Positions 8,362 to 22,408 of a stretch of DNA of 64,000 bases are shown one piece after another. Source of the DNA: Dictyostelium discoideum (lineage: Eukaryota); the NCBI GenBank assembly GCA_000004695.1, contig CM000152.2, positions 3,360,001 through 3,424,000 of the forward strand. The letters run 5' to 3'. The first letter of the stretch is position 1. Each line of letters opens with the position of its first letter. The notes below the pieces were generated by a model. It was not told where the DNA came from. It searched no databases and saw only the letters and a list, made by a program, of their open reading frames with translations. Position numbers and translations under genes: made by a program.

Positions 8362-9166
8362 TTATCTATTTGAAGAAAAAGATTCGTAATCTTCATCCTC
8401 AAAATTACCTTTATTATCATTATCGTCACTATCGTCATTATCTCTACTAGTTCTTGTACTTCTATTTTTATAACCGCTATAATCGTCGTCATCATTATTA
8501 TTATTGTTGTTATCATCATCATCCCCATTTTCACTCTCATCTGGATGATACTCCTCTTCTTCATCTTCTAATTCCAATGGATATCTTAAAATTGCTGCAA
8601 CACCTGATAATTTTGAAAGTTCTATATTGATAATAATAATATTATTATTAATAATAAATTAATAAATTAAATGAGTATATATAAATATATAAATATATAA
8701 ATATAAATATTAAATTTTTAAATATATATATACATACGTTCACCAGTTACATGTAAACCAGAAAATAATTTAACATCACCTTTATTATCTTTAACGGATT
8801 GAACCAAGTCAACATACTTTTTTCTAGTTTTTACATCTTTACCACGAAATAATTCATCAGTGACCAAGAGGGTTTCAATTGCTAATCTTTCATTTGCCTT
8901 TTTAACATGTTCGTAACCATAGAAAGCTCTATTTGGATCTTTTTTCAACATATCATAAAAATCATTAAGAATCTTAACTTCACTAGCTGCTTTTGTATTT
9001 GAGAATTGTTGAACGATTGCTTGATCTGATAAAACCTCTTTCAATGAATATCTATGTCCTGATGATGAATGTGTTAAAATAAATTTTGATTTATTTTGTC
9101 TAAATACTTTATACAAATCATTCTTTGATGATTGATCCATCATATATTGAAAGAATTTATCCTTTT

Positions 9167-9201
<35 letters not shown>

Positions 9202-9212
9202 TAAATAAATAA

Positions 9213-9246
<34 letters not shown>

Positions 9247-9914
9247 TATTAATTATAAATTATTATATTTACTTTAACAAAAGCTGGTGAAGCAATTATA
9301 AAACATTTTACAACATCAAAATTAATATTTCTAGTCATTGATTGTAAGATTGTATTGAAAAAGTTTTCTAAACCTTTTTGATGATTATCAGATGTTGATC
9401 TACCTTTACGTGGTACAGGTACTTCGATTCTACTTTTAACAACGGTCATTGCTGATGTGATTAAACAAAGATTTGCTAAACCCTCATTCATGATTAATGC
9501 AGCAACATCGGCACGTTGACCTATATCAGTTGCATTTTTGACCAACTCCAATGAGATCATATCCCATTCTTGTTTTTGTAACTGAAACTCTCTATTCATC
9601 TCTAAATCGATAGTATGAAATGATCCAAGTTTAACAAATCTATTCTCTACACATGTTGCTCCACTAACACGAAGTAATGATGATTCATTATCGTGATCGA
9701 TTTTGGTGACTTGAATGGTTATCTTTAATTTCTGTCTCTCACTTGTTACACTACCAGTTGCTGTCTCTTTTTGAATCTTTCTTACTGTTGAACTTGTTAA
9801 TAGATCACCTACACTTATTAAATTATAACAATGCCATAAATCTTCTTCTTCTTCTAATTGTAATTTTACATATCCTGATAAATCTTTTTCAATATATTTT
9901 TTAATTAATTTCAT
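8362..9914 (-). CDS. Pelota / Dom34 (no-go decay ribosome rescue factor), 3 exons with an acidic Asp/Asn-rich C-terminal tail.
   Basis: The exons are 9914-9273, 9170-8738 and 8621-8362, with a GTAAAT donor after exon 1 and a GTATGT donor after exon 2. The protein opens MKLIKKYIEKDLSGYVKLQLEEEEDLWHCYNLISVGD...ASPAFVK, runs through ...LTHSSSGH...AFYGYEHV...LLVTDELFR... and ends GEQLSKLSGVAAILRYPLELEDEEEE.... These are strong pelota hallmarks. About 444 aa. Confidence 0.85.
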
Positions 9915-10545
9915 TTTTCTAAATTATTTCTTTTTTTTTAATTATTTTTTTTTTTTTATAATAAAATTATTTGCATATTATTTTTTTTTTTTTTAAAATC
10001 TTTTCTACTTTTTGTTGTATAAATTCATATATAAAAATAAAATTGTTGTTGTTGAATTTCTTTTTTAAAAAAAAAAATATTTTTTTGTTTGATATTTTGT
10101 GGAAGCGAGAAAAAAGAAAAAAAGAAAAAAAAATAAAAAAAAAAAATTGAAAAAAAAAAAATGAAAATTAAAAAAAATTAATAAAAAAAATAAAAAAAAA
10201 AATAAAAATAAAAAATAAATTAAAAAAATAAAATAATTTTTTATTTATTTAATTATTTAATTATTTTTGGTGGGGATGTAGTTCAAAAAAAAAAAAATAT
10301 TGCAAAAAAAAAAAAATAACAATAATAATAATAAATGGATATAAAAAGAAAAAAAAAAATAAAATAAAATAAAAAAGATAATTAGATAATATATTTAATA
10401 GTTGTTAAATTGATAATTTTGTTTTGTTTTGTTTTTTTTTTTTGGAAAAAATGGAAATTAAATTTTGTTTTGTTTTTTTTTTTTTTTTTTTTTTGGAAAA
10501 ATTATTTTTAGATTTTTTTTTTTAGATTTTTTATTTTAAAATTTT

Positions 10546-11762
10546 TTATTTGTTACCATCTGTACTTCTACTAAAAAAGGAAGATCTTTGAGGTTGCGTA
10601 TTATTATTATTATTATTATTACTATTATTACTATTATTATTATTATTATTATGAAATTGAGCCTTCATCTCTTCATTTGTTTTCTTTTCAAATTCTCTTA
10701 AACTTTCCATATCCATATCAAACCATTGATCAATCCAACAGAATATCTGTCTATGACCCATAAAAAAAGTATCTCTAAGTGCAACTCTTTGAATAAAATT
10801 CTCTACTTTATTTTGAACACCCCAACATCTAAATTCTACTTTACAAACTTTATAACAACACATAATTGGTTTTGTCGATTTCTAATTTTTTATTTATTAT
10901 TGTTGTTAATATAAATTATTATATTAATAAATTGATTTGTTGTTTTGGTTTTTTTTATAAATATAAAAAAGATTAACAAACTTACCATCCAATCATTTTG
11001 TAATTTTCCTCTACCAGTTTTTACAGATTGAAATATTTTTGGATCTTCTTCTGGTTTATAATGTGCTTCGTCGATTGGATCATTTACAATATCAATATGT
11101 TCTACCTCTCTAATACTTAATTCTTCACTATTTAAATTTAAACACTATTGGATTAAAAAATTAAAAAAAAAAAAAAAATGAAAAAGAAGAAATAAAATCA
11201 TTAGAATTTATAACTCCTCAATCAAATAGAGGTGTGAGTGTGATATGACATATCTAGGTATTTACATTGTCTTGTGTACCTGAATCTGGTTCATATCTAG
11301 TTTCGATTGATACTGAAAATCTATCACCCAATAAAGGACACTATATAATTATATTTTTAAAAATGATGTACGTTAATATAAATTTATTTATTGATAAAAT
11401 ATCATCTCTATCACTCTCTTTCTCTTTCTTTCTCTCTCTCTCCTATTGTAATGAATAATGATACAAACAGCATAACTTGTTTTACAATATGGATATGCAT
11501 TCCAAGCTTTCTCTTCAATTTGTAATGAAGTTGGAGCGAATGATCTTAACCAGGTTGGTAATCTACCACCTAAATGAAAAATTTTACGTGTAAAGAAACC
11601 AGTTGTTGCACCGTCTGCGTATGGTTTATTCTCTATGACTTCAATACCTTCACCCAAAGATGTATTCTTTTTACTTATTGTTGCAACCATAAAAAGTTGT
11701 GCTACTTTATATTCTTCAACTGTAAGTGGTAATGGAATTCTAAATTCTTTAATTAAAACCAT
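10546..11762 (-). CDS. Phosphatidylinositol transfer protein (class I PITP), 4 exons, with a poly-Asn C-terminal tail.
   Basis: Exon 1 is 11762-11469 and reads MVLIKEFRIPLPLTVEEYKVAQLFMVAT...EKAWNAYPYCKTSYA. Exon 2 is 11340-11266 (CPLLGDRFSVSIETRYEPDSGTQDN). Exon 3 is 11144-10986 (...EAHYKPEEDPKIFQSVKTGRGKLQNDWM). Exon 4 is 10881-10546 (KSTKPIMCCYKVCKVEFRCWGVQNKVENFIQR...HRQIFCWIDQWFDMDMESLREFEKK...). The product is collinear with mammalian PITPalpha, about 287 aa. Dictyostelium has pitA and pitB; I cannot tell which this is. Confidence 0.85.
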
Positions 11763-12243
11763 TTTTTTTTTTTTTTTTTTTTGTTGCTTTGAAAATAAAA
11801 AGTTTTTGATTTTCGTTTATTTCTTTTTTTTTTTTTTTTTTTTTTTTTTTGCTTCGAAAATTTTTATTATCTTAAAATTTCCGTGAGGCGACTGGTTTCT
11901 TCTTAAATATTTAAGATGGGAAAAAAAAAAAGTTACTTTATTTTTTTGAGAAATAAAATTAAAAAAAATATATTTTTACAGTTATTATTATTATTATTAC
12001 TATATTATTATTATTATTATTATTACTATTTATCTGTGTGGTAATCAGGTGAAAAAAAAAAAAAAAAAAAAATAAAAAAAATAAAAAAATAAAGAAAATT
12101 TTTTTTTTTGAAAATAATAAAAAAATAAAAAAATAAAAAATAAAAGAAAAAAAAAAAAAAAAATTGAGGGTGTGGGGGGAGATTGAGACTATTGGCTAAA
12201 AAATCCAATGTATGTTGATGATATCACACTTAATACGATTATT

Positions 12244-12302
<59 letters not shown>

Positions 12303-12357
12303 TTGGTTTTACAAAAAAAAAAAAAAATAATAATATGTTATAATGTTTAGAAAAAAA

Positions 12358-12389
<32 letters not shown>

Positions 12390-12580
12390 AAAATATAAAA
12401 AAAAAAAAAAATAAAAATAAAAAAAAAAAAATAATAAAAAAAAATATTACAATCGTTTACAGTAAAAATTTTAAAAAAAAAAAAATTTTGAAAAAAAAAA
12501 AAAAATAATTTTTAAAAAATAAAAAAAAAATCAAAGTTTTGTGTTGACATTTTAAAAAAAAATAAAAAAAAAAAAAAATA

Positions 12581-12726
12581 ATGCAATCTTTACTCGTTGG
12601 CGATTACAAATGCAGGTAAATAAATATTATATTTATTTCTTACAAAAAATTGAAAATTTTTAATTTTTTTTTTTTTATGATATTAATATCTTTTTTTTTT
12701 TTGTTATTATTATTATTATCTAAATA

Positions 12727-12759
<33 letters not shown>

Positions 12760-13165
12760 TAGAGTTAGTTCAGTATTAAATAAACAAACTAAAGAATATG
12801 GTAAAGAGAATTTATTTGATAAAAGTGAAGAAACATGTTGGAATTCACATCAAGGTACACCACAATTTATAGTGATTCAATTTCCTCAAGAAAATGGTGT
12901 AACATTGTCAAGTGTGAATATTATGTTTCAAGGTGGATTCGTTGGTAAAGATTGTGAAATTTTAACAATGTCAACAAATTCAGATTCAAAAGAATTTATT
13001 CACTCTTGTTATTTCTATCCAAAAGATATTAATACAACTCAACAATTCCCAATTGATTCAATTAAAAATACAAATATTAAACAAATTAAAATTTTATTTC
13101 CTCAAAGTACTGATTTCTTTGGTAGAATTACAATTTATCAATTAGATATTTTAGGTGAACCAACT

Positions 13166-13171
<6 letters not shown>
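12581..13171 (+). CDS. NR2C2AP (TRA16)-like small galactose-binding-like domain protein, 2 exons, about 147 aa.
   Basis: Exon 1 is 12581-12615 (MQSLLVGDYKC, then AG at phase 2), with a GTAAAT donor. Exon 2 is 12763-13171 (R VSSVLNKQTKEYGKENLFDKSEETCWNSHQGTPQFIVIQFPQ...FQGGFVGKDCEI...FFGRITIYQLDILGE). The motif order matches human NR2C2AP. Confidence 0.7.
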
Positions 13172-13200
<29 letters not shown>

Positions 13201-13360
13201 AAAAAACAAAAAACAAAAAACAAAAATTAATTCTGTAAAAACATTAAATTTTAATTTTATCCTTTTTTTTTTTTTTTTTTTTTTTACACTTTTTATTTTT
13301 CAGTTTAAAAAAAAAATAAAATAAATAATAAATAAATTTAAATGATTTTATTTAATTTTA

Positions 13361-13422
<62 letters not shown>

Positions 13423-13443
13423 TGTTTTTTTTTTTTTTTTTTT

Positions 13444-14060
13444 TTAATAAAGATTTGAAACGATTTTCTTTTCCCAAATTGTTAATTTTTCGAAATTTGT
13501 GTTGATTTGAGGAAGTTTTTGAAAAATTCTTTCACCTTGGTATTCAAATTTATTATATGGGATTGATGATTTTGGAGTAAATCCAATATGTTCACAAAGT
13601 TTTTGACCAGATACAGTTGCAGTTTCTGCACACATATATTGAAAGTTATGAGCTCTACCTATATCTGTACTATGATACCACATATCATATGCAACACCCT
13701 TAAAAAGGAAATTTAATTAATAATCTATATATATTTCAAAGTGATGATAATTCTGTTTGTTGTTGTTGTTTTTTTTTATTTTTTTTACATACTTGACCTC
13801 TAGAACTTGGAACAACGCATGTAAAATATAAAGAATGAATAATCTCACCAAATCTAATTGTATTTGGATGTTCTTTTTTATATTTATGATGTAAATTTGA
13901 AAACATTGATTTTACTGGTTCCTAATTGTTTTTCATTTTGAAAAAAAAAAAAAAAAAAAAAAATTATTAGTATTTTTTTATTAAATTATTATTATTTTTA
14001 TTTTTTTATTTTTTTATTTTTTTTTATTTTTTTTTTATAATAATAATAATAATAATAATG

Positions 14061-14114
<54 letters not shown>

Positions 14115-14418
14115 TTTTTACCCATTTTTTATCTAAACTTGTATGAAATTCTTCAGGTTCTCTAGTTTTCCAATCTTCATTAATAATACAACCAACGATT
14201 TGATCTGTTTCATTATCAATTGCAACTAAGCTTAAATCTTTTTTTGCAGCTCTGTCAACGAATAATGTTGCCATTTCAGTCCAATTATTTTTATTTAAAT
14301 TTAACGCAATTGAAAATGGATCTGTTGCAAAACTTTTAGTAATTGAATCTACAACTTTTGGTACCATATTTGGTGTTAACATTTTATATGTTATTTTTGA
14401 TAAATGTTGATGACTCAT
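13444..14418 (-). CDS. GNAT-family N-acetyltransferase, 3 exons, about 226 aa.
   Basis: The exons are 14418-14122, 13921-13793 and 13698-13444, with GTAAAA and GTATGT donors. The acetyl-CoA binding motif R-G-Q-G-V-A spans the exon 2/3 junction. Surrounding sequence reads ...IVGCIINEDW... and ...FTCVVPSSRGQGVAYDMWYH.... The (TAA)n tract at 14038-14116 lies in intron 1. Confidence 0.65.
14038..14116. repeat. (TAA)n microsatellite of about 26 units in intron 1 of the GNAT gene.
   Basis: It is a direct ataataata... array. Confidence 0.9.
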
Positions 14419-15529
14419 TTTATTTTATTTTTGATTTTTTTTATTTATTTATTTAAAATATTTGAAATCCTGTTTTAAAATTACTATTTTTATTTTTATT
14501 TTTTTTTATTTTTTTATTTTTATTTTTATTTTTTTATTATTACAACTTCCAAATTTAACACAGACTTGAATGAAAATGAAAATGAAATTTTTTTTTTTTT
14601 ACTTTTTTTTTTTTTTAATTTAAAAATAAATTTTAATTATTAAAAAAAAAAAAAATAAAAAAATAAAAAAATAAAAAAATTTTTAATTTAATAAAAATTT
14701 TTAAAAAGTAATCAAAAAAAAAAAAGATATTTTTAATTTTTTTATAAGCAGTATTTTTATTATTATAATTTTTTTTATTAAAAGTATTTTTAAAAATAAA
14801 AATTTATTTTAAAACAATGGTTGTTTATTTTTTATATGAAAAAAAGTTTTTTTTTTTTTTTTGGAAATATCAAATAAACTAAAATTAGTATAAAAATATA
14901 AAAAATCATATATCTTTTTTATTTTAATTTATATTTTTTTATTCTTCCAATCATCTATCTTTTTTATTTTATAAAAAAAAAACAAATAAATAAAAAAAGG
15001 AAAATAAAAAATTTATAAAATAATTAACCAATTCAATCAATCAATTATTATTATAATTATTTTTTTTTATAAATCTATTTTTTATATAAAATTTTTTCCC
15101 TACTCATTGTTTTTCAAAATAAAAAAACAAATACAAAAAAAAGGATGATAAATAATTAAATTTAAAAATAAAATTTTATTTTGATTAAAAAAAAAAAGAA
15201 TTGTTAATTCATTTTTTAATATTTTTAAAATCACCTTGTGTAATTTGAGTGCTCTATTTTTCTATTATAAATTCAATTTAAAAATAAATAAAATTAAATA
15301 ATTGTTTGTAAAAAAAGAATATTTCTATCAATATTTCTTCACAATTTCCCATAAAAATTTTTTTTTTCACTTTTTCATTTTTTTCATTTTTCATTTTTTT
15401 TTTTTTTTTTTTTTTTTCATTTTTTTTTTACAAGCTTTCTAAACAAATAACCATAATAAAAAAGAATCAATATAAGTAATAATTTATAACCAAATAAAAA
15501 ATAATAATAATACATATATTTTTAAAAGG

Positions 15530-18381
15530 ATGCAACAACAACAACAACCAAAAGTTAAATTAAGTAAAAAAGATTATATTGAAAAGAAAGAAAAAGAACA
15601 ACAATTACTTAACAATAATAATAAAGTTAATAGAGAAAAAGATGGTAAAATAATGATTGAAAAGAATTTACAAGAGAAACAAGATGATATATTAATGAAT
15701 GAAAAAAAAAAGCAACAATCAGGTTTAGGTATTGATAAAACCTTTACATTAGTAATCAATACATTGGGACATTTAGAAAAGAAGAATGATTTAGATCAAT
15801 ATTGGGTACTAAATAATAAAGAATATCATCTATCATTCATAACATTCTTACCAGCAGATAACAATGAACAAGGCTCATCCGAAGAATCAATACTATTCAT
15901 GAATTCCGATTTATCAAGTTTATTAAAATTTCAATATAATATATTTTGGTCACATTGTATTTTCAATAAATCATTAAACGAATTCATTGATTCATTTTTA
16001 AAATTTTTTAAAAGAGATAATCAACCAATAATTTCATTAGTAAATAATAATAGTGTTAATAATAATAATAATAATAATAATAGTATAATTAAAAAAGGAT
16101 CAAAAGATTTTAATGAATCAAAGAAATTATTATTTAAACGTGTATTTTTGGTTTTGGTTAGAATGTCGTTACAACAAGAGAAATCAGGTTTTATAACTAG
16201 AGAATTCTATTCTGATTTAATTTATAAAAATAAATTATTTACAATTCCAAAATTATTCGATATAGTTTCATTATATTCATCTCATGCAAGAGATGCTGTA
16301 ACAACAATGATTCAAAGTATTTTCGATACTCAACCAAATTATTATAAAGATTTACTTCAACATTTTCAATTAATTTCAAAAACATTATTTGAATTAAATC
16401 AAAGTTTATTAAATAGAGTATATATATATATAAATATATAGTAAATTTATTTTATTGATAATAATAATAATAAATAATAATACTAATAATTTAAATTATT
16501 TTAGAATTTATTAGATTTATTAAGATTAGAAGATAATTATTTAATGGATATTGTTTATAATTTAGAACAATTTATTAGAATATTTCCAATGGGTAGTCAT
16601 CAATTATTTGATGAATATTTGATGAATTTAGAAAAGGGTGGTGGTGATGGTAATGGTGGTGTATTGGGTTGGTTAACTTATTTCTATGAATATATAATAC
16701 CAATTTTTAATAAGGAGAATCAAAAAGCATCAAATAAACAAGTCAATTTGACGCCATCGATTTACGTACCACTAAAACAACATATTCTTTCTATTTTCCA
16801 TACGATTTTCAGACACCATTTCATGATAAAGCTTGAGCAATTACAATTGTTAATTCAAGATCCATGTCAGTTATGTAAAAAGTTACCATTGGATGAAATC
16901 TCTCATAGATTCTTCTCTTTGTTGGGTAATATCACTTCATTTAGTCAACAAATCATTGGTTCAACTAAATCTAATAGATCAAAACTTTTCAATGAATATT
17001 TCGATAATATTACAAGTGCTTCAATCTTATATGATTATGAACAAACTTACAAGTTATCAAATTTCTTGGATAAATTGGTTACCTTGGATTCATCAATTGA
17101 TTTCACATCTTATACTTATTTTATGCAATTAATTGGTAAACCTGTATCACAAGATCAAAAACAAATTCAAAAACCAAAATTCAAAAAATCAACAACAATT
17201 ATTGATTCAAATATATCATCATCATCATCATCATCATCATCATCGTCACCATCAAATGCTACTACAACAGTTAAACCAATCCTTTCAAATAATCCTGTAA
17301 TTATGAATACTGTTAAAATTGATCAAGTTAAATCTTTATTCCCTGATCTTGGTGATTGGTTCGTTCATTGTTGTTTAAAGTATTATAATCAAGATGTTGA
17401 ACAAGTTATTAATGCACTTTGTGATGATTCTTCCCTTCCACCACATTTGAAATCAATGGATAGATCTTTATCTTCTGATCCTTCTCAACCTTCTAAAAAT
17501 ATACCAACACCAACAACTACAACAACTACAACTACTACAACTGATAAACCAAATAATACTACTACTGCTACTACTACTACAACTACTACCACTTCAAGTA
17601 GCAAATCACTTGAAAAATCTATGAATGAATTGAATATTAGCATAGGGTAATATACATATATATATTTATGTATATTTATATATATTTTTTTTAGAATTTT
17701 ATTTTTTATTTATACTTACTTTTTTTTTTTTTATATTATTAATATAAAGACAAAAACCAAAGAATGATATTAGTATGGAAAAGGTTAAGGCATATATAAA
17801 AGCTATGAAAAAATTTATGATGAAAAATATGATGATTCACTTGAAGAGTTTTCAGGTTTCTCTGTTCAAGATGGTGAAAAATATAATGATGAAGATGAAG
17901 ATGAAAAGAAGGATAGTGAAAATAATACAAATACTGAAGACCAAAAACATCCAACCACCAGTGCATCAGGTAGAACTCCAAATGAATCAAATAATCTTGG
18001 ACGTCCAAGACAAAATAACCCAAACAAGGGTAGAAAAGAGGATAATCGTAATAATAAGCAACAAACTCATTCATCTCATCATTCTCAGCCACAACAACAA
18101 CAACAACAGCAACCACCACAACATCAACCACAACCACATCAACAACCACAACAACAACCACAACCACATCAACATCAACAACCACAACAACAGCAACCAC
18201 AACAACCACAACATAAACAGCAACCAAAACCACAACAATCAAAACAACATCCACAACAACAACCAAAACAACAACCAAAACAACAACCACAACAACCAAA
18301 ACAACAATCACAACAACAACCAAAACAACATCCACAACCACAACAACCGCAACAACCACAACCACAACCACAACCACAACC

Positions 18382-18430
<49 letters not shown>

Positions 18431-18598
18431 AGACAACCACAACAACCACAACAACCACAACCACAACAACAAAACCAACAACAAAATCAACAACAAAATC
18501 AACAACCTAAGAAATCACAAAATGATGATAAACCCAAACCAGATAAAAAACCAAAAGGAAGTTACTCAAAAGGGGGTTCAGTTGGAGGTGGCAGATAA
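15530..18598 (+). CDS. ASCC2-like CUE-domain protein, 3 exons, about 941 aa, with a C-terminal Gln/Pro/His-rich (QP/QQP)n tail.
   Basis: Exon 1 is 15530-16417 with a GTATAT donor. Exon 2 is 16505-17646 and continues ...LLNR|[22 protein letters not shown].... Exon 3 is 17803-18598 and reads ...[25 protein letters not shown]...(Q/P/H repeats)...KGGSVGGGR*. The CUE domain is at about 17290-17420 ([39 protein letters not shown]). The track's 304-aa ORF 17775-18689 is the wrong frame of exon 3. Confidence 0.6.
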
Positions 18599-18635
18599 AA
18601 ATAATAAAAACCTTTATCTTTACACTTATTTTATC

Positions 18636-18683
<48 letters not shown>

Positions 18684-18781
18684 ACTTAATATACAAGGGT
18701 TTTATTTATTTATTTATATTTGAAAGGTAGATTTATTGTCTACAAATAATGTACATTGATTTTTTATGAATATATATTAAA

Positions 18782-18833
18782 TCATTTCCAAAAAGAGATT
18801 AATCTTTTGAAAGGATTTGAATTTTTGTTATTA

Positions 18834-18891
<58 letters not shown>

Positions 18892-20059
18892 TACTACTAG
18901 GGTCATTATTTTCATCTTTATTTTCAGAGTCACCATCATCGTCAGAGTCGGCTTTACGTTCTAAACTTTTATCTTGTGATATCTTTACACTTGTTTTGTT
19001 TTTTTTCGAGGATTTTGAAAGTTTTTGGAATGAATTTTTATCGGTATCTTTTTGTTCTTTGAATCTTTTATTATCATTTGAATTATTGGAATCATCTTTA
19101 CGTTTTTTACTTGATGATTTATTGGTTGATGATGATGATGATGCTGATGCTGATGATGTAGTTGTGGTGGTAGTTGTGGTATTACTATTTAATTCGTTAT
19201 CAACTTTAATTGATTCCTCTTCTTTTGGTTTTTCCTCTAAATCATTAATATATTCAACTTTATAAATATCTTTTGTACAAAACTCAGCACGACAACATGG
19301 ACATGTTGAGTAAGATTTTAAACCATTACTTGATGAACTCCAATAATGTTTGATAACGCATTCCATACAGGTAACTGGACCACAGTTACATGAGGCTTTT
19401 TCACAAAATGTATTTCTTGGTGGTGGTGGTGGTGAGGTTGGACCACTAGTGGAAGATTGTGAAGATGAGTTGTTTCTACCAATGAGTGATGGTGGAGGTT
19501 CACAAGTTGGTATACCATTGCTTGGTGGTTTACAAGTTCTTTTAATTATAACATCGGAATCATTGTCGAGACAAATAGTGCATCTTAATTTTTTACTAAT
19601 TGGAACTTGTTGATTTTTATTTTTCTCAAGTCTTTCGAGAACCTTTTTTCTAAAGAGTTCCTCTGTTGGTGGGAAAATATGATCAGAAAGTTTTTTAATT
19701 GTATTGATTTGTGATGTAACTGTTGGTTCAATCTTTGTGAGTGCATTATGCATTTCCTTTTGATTTGTATTTAACTCTTCTTTTAATTGCGCTACTAATA
19801 CGGGATCATCATCAACAAACTTATCCAATTCCTTTGATAACTCTGCTAAACTCTCTTTTGATTTTCTAATAAACTTTGCAAGATCTCTACTGAATGCTTC
19901 ATTTCTATCTTTAAATGATTTTACCTTTTGAACGATTGGTGGAAAGTTTGAATCATCACTTGTAAGATTTGATATTAATCTAAGTAAAAGTTGTGAATTT
20001 GGTATTGATAATGCATTGTTTTGTAAATTTGATACAAAAAGATTAAAATGTACATCCAT
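18782..20059 (-). CDS. RING-type zinc-finger protein (putative E3 ligase), single exon, 425 aa, with Ser/Thr/Asn-rich and acidic tails.
   Basis: The cysteine and histidine spacing reads RCTICLD...CNCGPVTCMECVIKHYW...STCPCCRAEF, with a coiled-coil-like N-terminus. There is no closer family assignment. Confidence 0.5.
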
Positions 20060-20346
20060 TTTTATTTAAATTGATATAAAAAAATATAAAAAGTGTGTAT
20101 GTATTGAATTTATTTCTTTATTTCTTTTTTTATGTTTGATTTTAATTGATTTTTTTTATTATATTGTTTTTTTTTTTTTATGTTTGATTTTAGTTGATAC
20201 TTTTGTTTTGTTTTTTTTTTTTATTTTTTTTTTTTATTTTTTTTTTTTTGTTTGGGTATACACTATTTAAATTATCTTGTTTGAAAAATTGAAAATAAGA
20301 AAAAAAAAAAAAAATAAAATAAATTTATATTTTTTTTTTTTTTTTA

Positions 20347-20386
<40 letters not shown>

Positions 20387-20724
20387 AAAATCAATTAAAA
20401 TTTTTTTTTTTTTTTAATTTATTGAGATTTACTTAAAAACAAGACTTACTAAATTCTTGGAATGATAAAGAAGAATTGAACAACATTCCAAATTAGGAAA
20501 AAAAAATAGCGTCAACGATCGTCAAAAATAAAAATAAAAAATAAAAAAAAAATTAAAATAAAATAAAAAAAAAAAAACTAAAAAAAAATCAAAAAAAAAA
20601 AAATTAAAAAAATTAAAAAAATTAAAAAAAAAAAAGATTTCAAAAAAAAACTCTAAAAAAAAAAACATTTTTTATAAAGCATAAAAACCATACAAATACA
20701 CCGTGTGTATTATTTGTAGTTTTT

Positions 20725-20758
<34 letters not shown>

Positions 20759-21126
20759 AACCCCGATATTATTAATATATTAAAATAGATTAAAAAAATA
20801 AAAATAAAAATAAAAATAAAAAAAAAAATAAAAAATAAAAAAAAGAAAAAAAATTTTGGAAAAGAAAAAAAATTTTAAAAAAAAAATTTAAAAATAATTT
20901 AAAAATTTTTTTTTTCTAATTTTTTTTTTTTTTAATACACACCACAAAAACAAATAATAGTTTTAAATAATATTAAATAATATATAATAACAATAATAGT
21001 AATAATAGTAAAATAATACTAATAATAATAATAATAATAATATAAAATTTATAAAATTAAATAATAATAATAATAATAATAATAAAACCATTGGACACGG
21101 TAAAAAAAAAAAAAAAAAAAAAAAAA

Positions 21127-21435
21127 ATGAAGTGTATTCAGAGTACACCTTTTCGAAAATGGTGTTCATTGATAGGTTTCAATTTAATAACATTAATATT
21201 ATTGACGATATCAGTTCAGAATATATTTATTGATATTGACCCTAATACTTGCACTATGACATATATGGTACCAAATTACTTTTTAGTACCAACAAACCAT
21301 TCAATGTATAGTTTATATTATTATAAAGAAGGAAGGGATTTAGGTTCTGCAAATTCAAAATTATTAATAAATGATGTAAGTTCATACTATATATTTTAAC
21401 CACAACCACTTTAAAAAAATAAATAATTTTAGGTG

Positions 21436-21470
<35 letters not shown>

Positions 21471-22340
21471 AAGATAATAGAAATTTTAGGGAAATTATAA
21501 ATAAAATATCCAAAAAATAATAAAAACCTTATTTATATTTTTTATTTATTATTAATTTATTTTTATTAATTTATTATATATATATATATATATTTTTTTG
21601 TTTTTTTTTTAATTTAGTTAAATCAACCATTAAAAGGTATGCCAGTATTATTTATTCCAGGTAATAGTGGAAGTTATAAACAAATTAGATCGATTGGAGC
21701 AGAGGCATTTCATCATATAAATAAAGGTAGATCATCAAATCGTTTTGATATAGAGAATCCAAATAAAACAAAGAAAAAGAGATCAATTGATTATCAAAAT
21801 GAGTTGGATATATTTACATTGAACTTTGAAGAGGAGTTATCTGCATTTGGTGGTGATGTTATGTACTCTGAAACTGAATTTGTTAATGATTGTATCAATA
21901 CAATTTTAAAACTTTATGAAAATAATAATAATATACATAAAAAACCAACTGTAATTATCAATTTTTTTATTATCTTTTTTTTTTAATTTTCTTCTTCTTT
22001 CTTTACAACTTTAGGATAATAATGGTGTATTAAAATTAAACTAATTCTTAAATATATTTTTTAAAAGAGTGTAATATTAATTGGACATAGCATGGGTGGG
22101 GTTGTAGCAAGAATGTCGATATTGTTACCAAATCATGTTTATGGAACTGTAACAACCATTATAACATTAAATTCATCTCATAGAAATGCACCAGTTTATT
22201 CACATATATCAACAGCTAATTTCTATTTAGAATTAAATAAACATTGGAGTAAATCAATTCAACCAAAACATTTTAAATATAATGAAAAAGGTGATTTAAC
22301 ACATTTACCAAGTGGTATGTAATTGATAATATCAATTCTA

Positions 22341-22408
<68 letters not shown>

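Noticed and set aside
8358-8577. 68-aa ORF overlapping the acidic tail exon of pelota in another frame.
   Set aside because: It is an out-of-frame reading of the GAT/AAT repeat; the pelota frame is supported by splicing continuity.
17739-18505. 241-aa poly-Val and 65-aa poly-Leu minus-strand ORFs, and the 304-aa + ORF 17775-18689.
   Set aside because: They are alternative-frame or antisense readings of the (CAACAACCA)n coding repeat of the ASCC2-like last exon. Only the frame that ends at 18598 splices to the upstream exon.
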